Origin: a virus
Lineage: Duplodnaviria; Caudoviricetes
Direction: 5' to 3' (one strand)
Length of the DNA stretch: 64,000 bases
Virus record (IMG/VR): IMGVR_UViG_3300042523_000723
Location: 21,811-85,810 of that record
Within the stretch, counting starts at the first letter, position 1. Each line of letters opens with the position of its first letter. This document shows positions 35,602 through 45,089 of the stretch, piece by piece. A program made the position numbers and the translations under genes. The notes beneath the pieces are model-generated. The model was not told the origin of the DNA and did no database searches. It was given only the letters and a program-made list of their open reading frames with translations.

Positions 35602-36465
35602 ATGATAATCAAAAAGAAATACGTACTATTAGAGTCTTTATTAATAGATGATACAAATGAATTTGACGCAACTGAAAAAAGAATTTTTAAGACGTTAAAT
35701 ATCCAATACGGTGACCCAATGAAAGGTGGTGAGGAGGGTAAGAAACCATTCACTCAATGGGAAGTCGCAGCATGGTTAATTGAGAATATTGAAATTCCAT
35801 ATGATATGGCTTATGGGTTGACAAAAACGTATTATTGGAACTACGATAAACTTTTTAGTGAAACGACTTCTCTTAGAAAAACAATCCCTTCCGCACAATT
35901 ATTCAAGGATCATCATCAAACATTAAGTAAATTATTTAGAGATAAATTAACGAATGATTTATATGGGCAAATAAAAATTAATATTGATAGGGATACGGGT
36001 GTAGAAGACATGAGAGATATTAATTTTTGGGGGGGATATTCGGGAGTTGTCCTATACTTACCTTTTATGACTATGGATAATAATGGCAATTATATCTATG
36101 GTGATGATAGAAATGGTAGAAATTTAATAGTAGACGTATTTTACCGTATATTAGATAAGGAAGGTAATATTGTTGACGGTTATTTCACAGATGATAAGTA
36201 TCAAGAAAAAATTGATAATGAAAAATTTAAGGTTGTCGTAAAATATACGTTAGGTGAGACAACTGATAGAGAAGGAAGTGGTAGACAGTTTAATTTAATG
36301 GAATTTGATGTTCCATACCCTAAACCATTGTCTTTAAAAACATATTCAGAGATGTTAAATCTAATTTTGGGTGATGTCATTAAAAAGATAGAATCGATGA
36401 CATTTACTTTACCTCCCCACTTAGACGGTTTTGAGGAATCTAGTGGAGATTCTCAACCTGATTAA
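35602..36465 (+). CDS. late hypothetical protein with short leader
   Basis: Probable start MIIKKKYVLLE|S after ATATTTAT at 35575-35582. Confidence 0.65.
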   Translation: MIIKKKYVLLESLLIDDTNEFDATEKRIFKTLNIQYGDPMKGGEEGKKPFTQWEVAAWLIENIEIPYDMAYGLTKTYYWNYDKLFSETTSLRKTIPSAQLFKDHHQTLSKLFRDKLTNDLYGQIKINIDRDTGVEDMRDINFWGGYSGVVLYLPFMTMDNNGNYIYGDDRNGRNLIVDVFYRILDKEGNIVDGYFTDDKYQEKIDNEKFKVVVKYTLGETTDREGSGRQFNLMEFDVPYPKPLSLKTYSEMLNLILGDVIKKIESMTFTLPPHLDGFEESSGDSQPD

Positions 36466-37846
36466 CAATATTAAACTTTAGGGTATTGGTATATGTCTTA
36501 ACTAATTGGTTAGACGTTAATTTAATATCGATATAATATTCATTAGGTATCATCCAAGAAGTATCTAAAATAAAATAATTTTTAAGGTAAGATTTATTTA
36601 CATCAGTCCAATTAATAACGTTAACTTCAGTATTACCTTCTCTAATCCACAATCTATACTGTAATCCATCTATCACAGATGTTTCGTTTACCGTATAAGG
36701 TATTCTAGCATTAACAAATACTTTTCTTTGATCACCTCTCTTTATTTTTTCATCTCTTCTAATACCACTTAAATTAAATGTATATTCTATTGGTAAAGAT
36801 TCTGAATCACCAAAGTTATAATATTCTGTATCATCCTTAATCTCAAATTGTAGGGTAACATTAGGACGATTAATTCCATTTATAACAATATTTGACCAAG
36901 TATCGGTAAATATTGTACAATCTGAAGATGTGATAGGTACAAATAATTCTATATAATAAACACCTTTAGTTTGTTGTACTACATTATTACTTGTGAATGA
37001 GGAGAATAATGTACCATTACCATTTTTAACTACTACAGATGGTTTAGAACCCAAATTAGTCGGTTCTCCACCTAGATTAGTGTATAAGTATAGTCTATTA
37101 GTCTTTCCTCGATAAAAGTTCTTCCTGTCGTCTCTAATGGGGTTATTATAAGATGTCTCCACAAAAGGTTCATAATATGTTTGTGTGTGTCTGGTAAAGA
37201 ATCCTACATATTGTGATGGTACAACTTCTTTGGTTTCCAAATCCCTTTCAAATGCAATACCATATCCATAGTTTGTTGTCCCACCAGTAATTAAACTATT
37301 TACTTCATTGGTAATATCCATTTCAATATTTTCATTACCTTTATCGAAATGTTGTGTTGTTACAGTAATACCTGAAGGTGATCCCGAATAAACACCAGGT
37401 TCGTCCCACGCATTTGTTGTAGTCGCATTAACCCAATTACTCGCAGATTCTACGAATGTAATATCGTCACTAGGATGTAATCCCATAAATTGTTGGTAGT
37501 CGTATCCACAACCTTCATCCCATAATTTATTAACTCTAAATAAAACTAAATCAAAAGAAGATGTTCTTTGTTTACCATCTAATAATTTTTGTGCTTGCAA
37601 ATCTCTATCAAAGAATGAACTATTAGTCATTCTTAAAGTATGTGTAACATTAGATAAGTCACCTAATTCACCATTATTATATTTTTGTTGTAAATCTGAA
37701 ATATCAAAATATAATAAGTGTCTGGTGTAATCAGTTTGAGTTTCTTTTCCCCCATAATATAATTCGGCGATAGGATTTCTACCTGTATTTATTAGGGTTC
37801 CGAATATGATTGTATTGTTTTTATCTATATAAGTTCTAGTTACCAT
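36440..37846 (-). CDS. putative virion structural protein (beta-sandwich/Ig-like domains)
   Basis: 468 aa, T/N-rich; late motif at 37859-37866 (minus). Confidence 0.6.
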   Translation of the reverse strand: MVTRTYIDKNNTIIFGTLINTGRNPIAELYYGGKETQTDYTRHLLYFDISDLQQKYNNGELGDLSNVTHTLRMTNSSFFDRDLQAQKLLDGKQRTSSFDLVLFRVNKLWDEGCGYDYQQFMGLHPSDDITFVESASNWVNATTTNAWDEPGVYSGSPSGITVTTQHFDKGNENIEMDITNEVNSLITGGTTNYGYGIAFERDLETKEVVPSQYVGFFTRHTQTYYEPFVETSYNNPIRDDRKNFYRGKTNRLYLYTNLGGEPTNLGSKPSVVVKNGNGTLFSSFTSNNVVQQTKGVYYIELFVPITSSDCTIFTDTWSNIVINGINRPNVTLQFEIKDDTEYYNFGDSESLPIEYTFNLSGIRRDEKIKRGDQRKVFVNARIPYTVNETSVIDGLQYRLWIREGNTEVNVINWTDVNKSYLKNYFILDTSWMIPNEYYIDIKLTSNQLVKTYTNTLKFNIVNQVENLH

Positions 37847-37867
37847 ACCTTTTTATAAATAAATATC

Positions 37868-39175
37868 TTAATTACTATTAATGTTCTTATTTAATATCCT
37901 ATTTAAGTCAAATCTTATGACATCAGTTGTTGTGGTACTAGGATCCGCAGGTAATCCATGATATGGATGAACATGTGAGATAACATATTGTTTAACTAAT
38001 TCTAAAAATTCCACTAATGTGTCACCATAGACTAATGGGTGTGCACCTTTATTGATTTTCTCTTGTTCTTCATCAGTTATCAAACCTTTAGGGTCAGTTA
38101 AATTAAATGTGTGTTCACCATCATGACTAATTAAGTTTATTTTATTGGCAACAACATTAACTACACTACTTTTTTTACCGGTATTTTTTTCTAATCTAAC
38201 TGTTTTAATTGTCTTTTTTGGTCCTGGTATTGGTGTGTTAGTAAAAACAGATATGTTACCACTTACATTAGGTAAGGTATTTAGATAATCTTTTACGGTA
38301 GATTTAATTTTCCACTGTGTACCTTTATTTGCGTCAACGTATGTTTTTACCGCAGTCAAGGCTAAATCTCTAGATTGTGAACCCACAAAAGAACTCACAT
38401 TCTCAAATGAACTTTTAAGTGTGTTTAATTTAATATCATAAACCTTAACAAATACTTCGGTCCTATCAATATCACTTTCTCTATATCTACTCTCCTCTAA
38501 ATCGCCAGATAAGATAACACCACTATTAGTTATGCTATTTATTTCGACAGTCACAAGAGTATCAGGTATTGGTATGATACTAGTTTGTATCACTCTATCT
38601 TCAACGACTCTTTTCAATTTTTCGTTACCGTATTTCAGTTGGATGTAACCTAAATTTTTATTATTAAATTTTCTAGGATCACTTTCTAAAGTCTTACCGA
38701 CTCTCAACCACATTTCTCTATCTTTTTGTATGATATCCGTATTATATCTACCTTGTAATACAATATCTTCATCATTACCATATGCACCAGGCTCTACTTT
38801 GGGGTCATTTAATTTCACATAACCGTTAGGTAATATAGATAAGGCAGAATTATATTGTTCCTCATTTAAATTTGTTGGTTGAGTAATCAACGGTCCGATC
38901 CAAAATCTAGTATTTTTAAATGATGAGGTTGGGGAGGAATTATTATATTCATATTGAAACACAAATACACATTCACCTACTTTTGGTAGAGTTACTAAAT
39001 ATTTTGGTAGTAGTGGTACACAATCTATAAGTTCTAAATCACCTTCAGTGTCAATACCAGTAATTTTCACTTTAATTCTACCTGATTTAGTATTATCTAC
39101 AATTGATCTAACCTCACCGACTTTGATTATTGGTATGGTGTTAATATTGGTACTGTCACTATAATAATTACCCAT
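37868..39175 (-). CDS. baseplate central spike/hub protein (gp5/VgrG/gpV-like)
   Basis: N-terminal OB-fold GEVRSIVD...GRIKVKI...LPKVGECVFV...FWIG; C-terminal HVHPYH apex motif. Confidence 0.75.
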   Translation of the reverse strand: MGNYYSDSTNINTIPIIKVGEVRSIVDNTKSGRIKVKITGIDTEGDLELIDCVPLLPKYLVTLPKVGECVFVFQYEYNNSSPTSSFKNTRFWIGPLITQPTNLNEEQYNSALSILPNGYVKLNDPKVEPGAYGNDEDIVLQGRYNTDIIQKDREMWLRVGKTLESDPRKFNNKNLGYIQLKYGNEKLKRVVEDRVIQTSIIPIPDTLVTVEINSITNSGVILSGDLEESRYRESDIDRTEVFVKVYDIKLNTLKSSFENVSSFVGSQSRDLALTAVKTYVDANKGTQWKIKSTVKDYLNTLPNVSGNISVFTNTPIPGPKKTIKTVRLEKNTGKKSSVVNVVANKINLISHDGEHTFNLTDPKGLITDEEQEKINKGAHPLVYGDTLVEFLELVKQYVISHVHPYHGLPADPSTTTTDVIRFDLNRILNKNINSN

Positions 39176-39357
39176 TATTCTTCTCCTTTATATCTTTTAG
39201 TTAAAATAGTATTACCTAATAAATATTCCTTTTCAGTTAATTCTAATTTTTCAGATAATGATATTATTTTTTCTTTTATACTTTTTTGTTGGTGTGCGAG
39301 TTCCTCTAGTTGCATTTTTATGGACGCGTTACTCATATTTTTCCAATCTATTTTCAT
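39175..39357 (-). CDS. small coiled-coil protein
   Basis: 60-aa ORF in operon. Confidence 0.6.
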   Translation of the reverse strand: MKIDWKNMSNASIKMQLEELAHQQKSIKEKIISLSEKLELTEKEYLLGNTILTKRYKGEE

Positions 39358-39360
39358 ATA

Positions 39361-39765
39361 CTATCTTATAATACCTTCACCCTTACTTATACCTATAGTT
39401 GTCCCAACAACTACTATTGGCCCACCCGCATTACCACCAGTTGCTTGTATAGGTGTACCTGGAGGTATCGCCACTTCAATCTTCGCCTTAGTTAAAAGTG
39501 CGTTTAAAATTTCTTCGACTCTTATTACTTCCATTTTCAATTCAATATTTTCTGAACCACTAGGTAATGGACCAATACCTACCCCTATCTCCTTTTTTCT
39601 CTCTATTATTTTAGACGCAATATCTATCGCACTTAAACCTTCTCTAAATTTAGCCCCAATCAAAATCTCTTGTTTACTTATAGGTTGTAAAGGTGTAGAT
39701 GGTTTAAATAAATTTTTAAACAAATTCCTAATAGTGCTAATTGTAGTATTAAAATTGGTTGCCAT
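39361..39765 (-). CDS. putative baseplate-associated protein
   Basis: Gly-rich beta C-terminus PGTPIQATGGNAGGPIVVVG next to the spike gene. Confidence 0.55.
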   Translation of the reverse strand: MATNFNTTISTIRNLFKNLFKPSTPLQPISKQEILIGAKFREGLSAIDIASKIIERKKEIGVGIGPLPSGSENIELKMEVIRVEEILNALLTKAKIEVAIPPGTPIQATGGNAGGPIVVVGTTIGISKGEGIIR

Positions 39766-39776
39766 AATATTTTATT

Positions 39777-41450
39777 TTAAAAATCACAAAATCTATTTTT
39801 TCTATTAAATTGTGAATTAACATTATTTAATGAATCTAAATTCACTTTATCTGTAAACCCTCTAGCGGTATCTACAACACCCTCTACCTTACCAAATAAA
39901 TTATTTACATTTTCAATCTGTTCATTTACAAACCCAGGTAATAAACTTAGTCTAGATTTTAATAGGTTAATGTTTTTTTCTTTTATTTTTTTAGTTAATA
40001 CACACAATATTAATTGTTTTAATCTATTTATCACTAAAGGTAATAAATAATCGTAAATTAACCTTCGTATAATTTCACCTATAACATCTCTAATTATACA
40101 CTCATATTCTTTAAGTATTTTTTTAACAGATATTTCAGTGACAGGTTTACTATTAACTAAATAATAGAATAAATTTAACATTAGTAAATTCTTAGGTGAT
40201 AATACTAATTTAGTTAACACAATTTGTAGTGAGGTAATAAAATTAGATAAGAACTCACCAGATGCCCCATCTTTATCTAAGTTTTTCACATTTTCAGTTG
40301 ATTCTTTAATTAAATCATCAATCGATTTAGTATATGTGTTAATTTTTTCTTGTAAATTAGAAGAATTTTTTAAACTATCATTAATATTTTTTAATGTGTC
40401 AAATGATATAGTACTAATTTCTTTACCACAACATTTTTTAAATTTTTTCACACCCGATTTCTTCTCTTTAACTTTTTCTTTGATATTACTTAATTGTTTA
40501 CTATCAAAAGTATAAAAACTCTCATCGAATTCAATTTCAACATTATCAATGCCTGCATCTATATAGTCGTCAATTGAATTCTCCAATTCTACTACCTTAT
40601 TTAAACACGCCTCAGGTAATTTTATTTTATTTGTTAAAGTACCATATAAGAGATCAATTACATTAGGTATAGTTTTATCTACATCGAACAAAGGTTGTTG
40701 ACTATTAAAATAATCTACTAATAGTGTAATTAATGTTTTATTTTGATAATTACTATTCAAAACTCTAATATTAAATACCCTTGGTCTAGGTTCTATATTT
40801 TGATATTCCACAGTACCATCATTTTGGGTGTATGCGATGGGACTGTTTTCATAATAACGAACCTCTAAAATCTCTTTCCCATTTGTAGGGTTAGCCCATA
40901 TTAAAGGATTCCCATTTTCCTGTATAACTTCCCATAAAAATGCGTTGACATCATTAGACGAATCACCATCATAAAATAACTTCCCTATTTCGGTGTTTGG
41001 GTTTGCGGCGAATAAACAAGTTAAGTCTAATTTATTAATTTCAATATTTATCCCAACACCCTCTACTCCGCTAGATGGTTGTACTTGATATAACCATTCA
41101 GGTATTTTGGGTTCTATTTTACAAGCGTAACAACTTTTTATCGATTCAATAAAATTAACTGATAAATCTTCAGAGAGAGGTTGTAATTGTTCTACTAACC
41201 AGTTTATTAACTGCATCCTCATTTCATCAAAGTTTATTCCTGACACTAAAGCTAGCACATCTGCAAGTAAATCAATTACTTTTTGACTTGGATTTAAATT
41301 AGGGACTTCAGGTATTAAATTAGGAATACTTAAATCAGGTAGATTATTACAAATAGTTTTATTTAAATTTATCAACTCAAATATCTCCCTTTTTGCATCC
41401 GTAAAAACGTCTTTAGGTTTACATACAACATTTCTAAATTTATTGCTCAT
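39777..41450 (-). CDS. hypothetical (putative structural) protein
   Basis: 557-aa ORF in a late operon. Confidence 0.65.
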   Translation of the reverse strand: MSNKFRNVVCKPKDVFTDAKREIFELINLNKTICNNLPDLSIPNLIPEVPNLNPSQKVIDLLADVLALVSGINFDEMRMQLINWLVEQLQPLSEDLSVNFIESIKSCYACKIEPKIPEWLYQVQPSSGVEGVGINIEINKLDLTCLFAANPNTEIGKLFYDGDSSNDVNAFLWEVIQENGNPLIWANPTNGKEILEVRYYENSPIAYTQNDGTVEYQNIEPRPRVFNIRVLNSNYQNKTLITLLVDYFNSQQPLFDVDKTIPNVIDLLYGTLTNKIKLPEACLNKVVELENSIDDYIDAGIDNVEIEFDESFYTFDSKQLSNIKEKVKEKKSGVKKFKKCCGKEISTISFDTLKNINDSLKNSSNLQEKINTYTKSIDDLIKESTENVKNLDKDGASGEFLSNFITSLQIVLTKLVLSPKNLLMLNLFYYLVNSKPVTEISVKKILKEYECIIRDVIGEIIRRLIYDYLLPLVINRLKQLILCVLTKKIKEKNINLLKSRLSLLPGFVNEQIENVNNLFGKVEGVVDTARGFTDKVNLDSLNNVNSQFNRKNRFCDF

Positions 41451-41456
41451 AACTTT

Positions 41457-41837
41457 CTAATCTATGTCGTACTCAGTATTCTTATTGTTCGATTTTTCTT
41501 TAAATAATTCTCTAAGTATGTTTTTATCTTCTTCTGTTATACTACTATCAATATTATTTTGACCATCATCTGATTTAGTACCAATTATTTGAGTCTGTAG
41601 TTTAGCTAACGCGATTTTTTTATCGACAGTACTTTCTAAAATTTTGATGGTTTCATTATTAACTTTACCTATTTGGTATTCGTCATTAGTATCTTCTATC
41701 TCCGCTCTTTGTTTTCTTTCGTTAAGCTCTCTTCTAGCATTATTCATAATGGTATTACAATCATTATAAATTTCTTGCATTAATTCCTGAAGACTATTCT
41801 TATCTAAATTTATTTTAGTTTTTTTAGGTCTAGCCAT
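41457..41837 (-). CDS. hypothetical late protein
   Basis: 126 aa; late motif at 41853-41860 (minus). Confidence 0.65.
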   Translation of the reverse strand: MARPKKTKINLDKNSLQELMQEIYNDCNTIMNNARRELNERKQRAEIEDTNDEYQIGKVNNETIKILESTVDKKIALAKLQTQIIGTKSDDGQNNIDSSITEEDKNILRELFKEKSNNKNTEYDID

Positions 41838-41875
41838 AAATTGTGTTTTATTATAAATATCTTTTGTTTATTTTT

Positions 41876-42610
41876 TTATAATAAATCGTTTTCTATTTTA
41901 TCATTTTTGAAAAGTGAGTACATTTTTTTATATCTTCTCATACCAACCCTAATATCTTTAGTAGTTAAATCAGTAATTTCTCTGATGTATGATAAGATAA
42001 GATTTTTATTATATTTATTACCACTTTCAATTTGTTCAAATATGGTTTCCCAATCATCTAAAATTTTACATAGGGCATCTCCAACCTTAATTTCTGTTTC
42101 AGATAACTTACTATAAAGTAATTCAGATTTAATATTAGCCGATACCTCTTTAATAAAACTATCTAATTGCATTTTTTGATCGTCTATGCAATATATCTGA
42201 TTATTCATAGTTTCTATTGTCTTATGAACATCTTCATAAGAAACATCATATCTAATCTTTTTATCATCTTTGATCAATTGACCTAAAAGATAATGTTTAC
42301 AAATTGTACCAAAATAAGAATACGCCTTTTTATTCTTATCCGGTTTAAAGTTGTGCATTTTAGTTATTAGAAATGATAGAGTATCCGAATGGACATCTTC
42401 ATATTCGTATTCTTTTCTGTACAACTTATACCTCCTTATGATGGACTCAACCATCTTATTTATCGGGTTTTTTAGAAATTCATTATAAATTTTATTTCTT
42501 TCACTATATGACTCACTTGTTAAAAACTTAACTACTGCTTCCTCTTGGTCTGGACCAAAATATAAATTTGATGTTCTCTTTCTACCCCTTTTTTTGGGTT
42601 CTTCAGACAT
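41876..42610 (-). CDS. phage late-transcription sigma factor (gp55-like)
   Basis: INKMVESIIRRY...HNFKPDKNKKAYSYFGTICKHYL resembles sigma region 2 as in T4 gp55. Confidence 0.65.
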   Translation of the reverse strand: MSEEPKKRGRKRTSNLYFGPDQEEAVVKFLTSESYSERNKIYNEFLKNPINKMVESIIRRYKLYRKEYEYEDVHSDTLSFLITKMHNFKPDKNKKAYSYFGTICKHYLLGQLIKDDKKIRYDVSYEDVHKTIETMNNQIYCIDDQKMQLDSFIKEVSANIKSELLYSKLSETEIKVGDALCKILDDWETIFEQIESGNKYNKNLILSYIREITDLTTKDIRVGMRRYKKMYSLFKNDKIENDLL

Positions 42611-42620
42611 TACATTTTAT

Positions 42621-43403
42621 TTATACTTCATATGTTATTTCTCTATCATTAGTGAAAAAATATTCTTTCTTTGCTTTGTTCACCCAAAACTTACTTTCTA
42701 ATACATCGATTGTTGACTTATATTCTACGAATAAAGAACCCTCTCTATTGTTAGTATGTTTGTAACCTAATTTAGGTATAACCATAATAGGAATGGATAG
42801 ATAAGACATTCTTAGTAAGAATTCATAAGTAAATGTAAGTTTCATATGTGATTTTAAACCACCATTATCTAAGAAACTATCTCTTTTTACTATCATTCCA
42901 TCAAAGTTAAAGTTTTGGGCTCTGAGTAATGTATTATTATCTATTCTACCAATTTCTTCTGAGAAATCTTTAGCCCATACACTTTCATTAGTAAATGAAA
43001 TAAATTTACCATTTTCATCAGTTTCATAGACAATAGGTAAAAATACACCCACTTCTGGATATGCGTTAATATATTCTACACCATTTTTAATCCATATTGG
43101 TGATACCTCATCATCATACTCTACAAAAGTGAAATAATCACCCGTACTTTTTTCTACACCATAATTAATCTGTGTTTGAAAATCATATTTTCCGGTTTCA
43201 TTCTCAATGACTTTAGTAACGTCTTTGATATCACCGAAATCGTAATTATTTAAATAGTTTTTTACACTCTCATCATTAGATGTTACAAAAATAACCTCAT
43301 AAGGTTTAATCTTTTGTGATTTTATACTCTCAATACAACCGACTAAATAATTTTCTTCTAGTTTGTGTACTGGTACTACTATTGTAATATTTGACATATT
43401 CAT
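42621..43403 (-). CDS. GT2 glycosyltransferase
   Basis: ITIVVPVH...CIESIKSQ...INYGV...FVEYDD. Confidence 0.85.
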   Translation of the reverse strand: MNMSNITIVVPVHKLEENYLVGCIESIKSQKIKPYEVIFVTSNDESVKNYLNNYDFGDIKDVTKVIENETGKYDFQTQINYGVEKSTGDYFTFVEYDDEVSPIWIKNGVEYINAYPEVGVFLPIVYETDENGKFISFTNESVWAKDFSEEIGRIDNNTLLRAQNFNFDGMIVKRDSFLDNGGLKSHMKLTFTYEFLLRMSYLSIPIMVIPKLGYKHTNNREGSLFVEYKSTIDVLESKFWVNKAKKEYFFTNDREITYEV

Positions 43404-43420
43404 TTTTTTATTTTTAATTG

Positions 43421-43558
43421 TTATCTACCTTGACCTCTATAACTTTTCTTATAAAGTTCACTATTTTTAGTCTTGCTAGTTTTTGTTTTAGCGTGTACAC
43501 CTTTTCTCTTTACACGAGTATTAGATACATTCTTAATTGTGGTAGCACCTTTAGCCAT
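43421..43558 (-). CDS. 45-aa basic peptide ending YRGQGR (not in ORF track)
   Basis: Hand translation MAKGATTIKNVSNTRVKRKGVHAKTKTSKTKNSELYKKSYRGQGR. Confidence 0.7.
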   Translation of the reverse strand: MAKGATTIKNVSNTRVKRKGVHAKTKTSKTKNSELYKKSYRGQGR

Positions 43559-44690
43559 TGGTTTCGTTATTTCCTATAGTTATTAGTTCTTTTTCTTGAA
43601 GTTGGTTGTAAGTTGATTCTAACTCAACAACTCTTCTTTTAAAGATACCATCATACACTTCAGACAAAATTTCATTAGATTCTTCTTCCACATATTTGTT
43701 TTCCCATTCACTCATACCTTCCATAATGTTTTGAGGTAGTGCATCTTCTAAGTAAAGTCCCACCATAGTTGCAATAATATCAGGAATCGCATTCATATTA
43801 GGAGTCCATATACCGTTGTCATTTAGGTTTAGGTTACCATTTTGATCGATAGATCCCATCCATTCAGGAATCATTCTAGGAATTTTACCAATGACAGGTG
43901 TATTAGATTTCATACACTCTAACGGGAATGTCCCAAAACTTGATAATTCATCTACCCAAACACCTAAGAAAGATTGACTTAATTCTTTTGCGAAAGTTTC
44001 CCTAGGTAATCCCGCCATATCTCTGAATGACACAAATCTATAGTGAGGGTATTTCTGATAAAATACTTTTACAATTTTCAATAATTCTCTTTTATCTCTC
44101 GCAACCATCGCAACTGTAGGTATTTTAGGTTTATCACTATTTTTAAAATAAGATGGAATACTCACAGGTACTTCATCAGTTCTAATACCCCTAAATACTG
44201 AATTTGCATAATCAGAAAGATTCTTATTAGTAGTAATCACATCTCTTATCCCAAATTGTTCCCAACCTTCACCTATTTCTAACATCTCAAAGATATATTC
44301 GTATGATTGTAGGAAAACAATTCTTTTACAAGGGAAGTTTGCGGTTTGTTTAATAATACTTGCAAACGCTTCAGGAATAATAACAAAATCTGAAGGACCA
44401 ACTTGTAATTGTTGTGATTCTATAGAGACATGTGGTAAATTTGCATATTCTTCACCTAACCACTCTGCGATACCCATACCTTCTTCATCCTCACTGAGTT
44501 TATAATCATTTTTGTCGTGAAGAATTTGAGCGTTATAACCCAGTTCTCTAAGTTGTTTTACGTGTTCGTAAATTGTTGCAACACCTGCGGTTGGATTACC
44601 TTTGGTGTCAATAGTGAAAAAATAGATACCGAAATCTTTATTGTTAATTTTGTCGATACTACTTTTAATTCTGTCTAATTGTTCACTCAT
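43551..44690 (-). CDS. GT-B fold glycosyltransferase (GT4/WsaF-like)
   Basis: AGVATIYEH, IIPE, SSFGTFPLECMKSNTPVIG. Confidence 0.75.
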   Translation of the reverse strand: MSEQLDRIKSSIDKINNKDFGIYFFTIDTKGNPTAGVATIYEHVKQLRELGYNAQILHDKNDYKLSEDEEGMGIAEWLGEEYANLPHVSIESQQLQVGPSDFVIIPEAFASIIKQTANFPCKRIVFLQSYEYIFEMLEIGEGWEQFGIRDVITTNKNLSDYANSVFRGIRTDEVPVSIPSYFKNSDKPKIPTVAMVARDKRELLKIVKVFYQKYPHYRFVSFRDMAGLPRETFAKELSQSFLGVWVDELSSFGTFPLECMKSNTPVIGKIPRMIPEWMGSIDQNGNLNLNDNGIWTPNMNAIPDIIATMVGLYLEDALPQNIMEGMSEWENKYVEEESNEILSEVYDGIFKRRVVELESTYNQLQEKELITIGNNETNG

Positions 44691-44711
44691 AACATTTATT
44701 TGTTTTTATTA

Positions 44712-45044
44712 TTATAATTCTTTAAGTATACCTTTCATCAATAAAGTATTAAAGGCAATCTTAAAAGGTATTGTTGCATTGTTGAGTGCAACCATACCCA
44801 TTTTATTATCTACTTCTTCGTTATACATCATAAGTGCACCGATCATATCACGATACATTTCATATTTTGTACCATCAATATGTAACTCAACCATGTTCGG
44901 TAGAGGTTCTTCCATTCCAGCATCACATTGACTTTCATTAACCGTCAATGGTTGTGATTCTTGTTCGATTCGAACTATTTCTGACAATCTATCAATGTCA
45001 AGGTATAATTCTTTACCTCCGATATCTAACAATAAGTTATCCAT
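44712..45044 (-). CDS. hypothetical protein
   Basis: 110-aa ORF. Confidence 0.65.
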   Translation of the reverse strand: MDNLLLDIGGKELYLDIDRLSEIVRIEQESQPLTVNESQCDAGMEEPLPNMVELHIDGTKYEMYRDMIGALMMYNEEVDNKMGMVALNNATIPFKIAFNTLLMKGILKEL

Positions 45045-45089
45045 ATGATTTTTTTATTAAATTTATGTAAAATTCTAAATTAGTAAATA

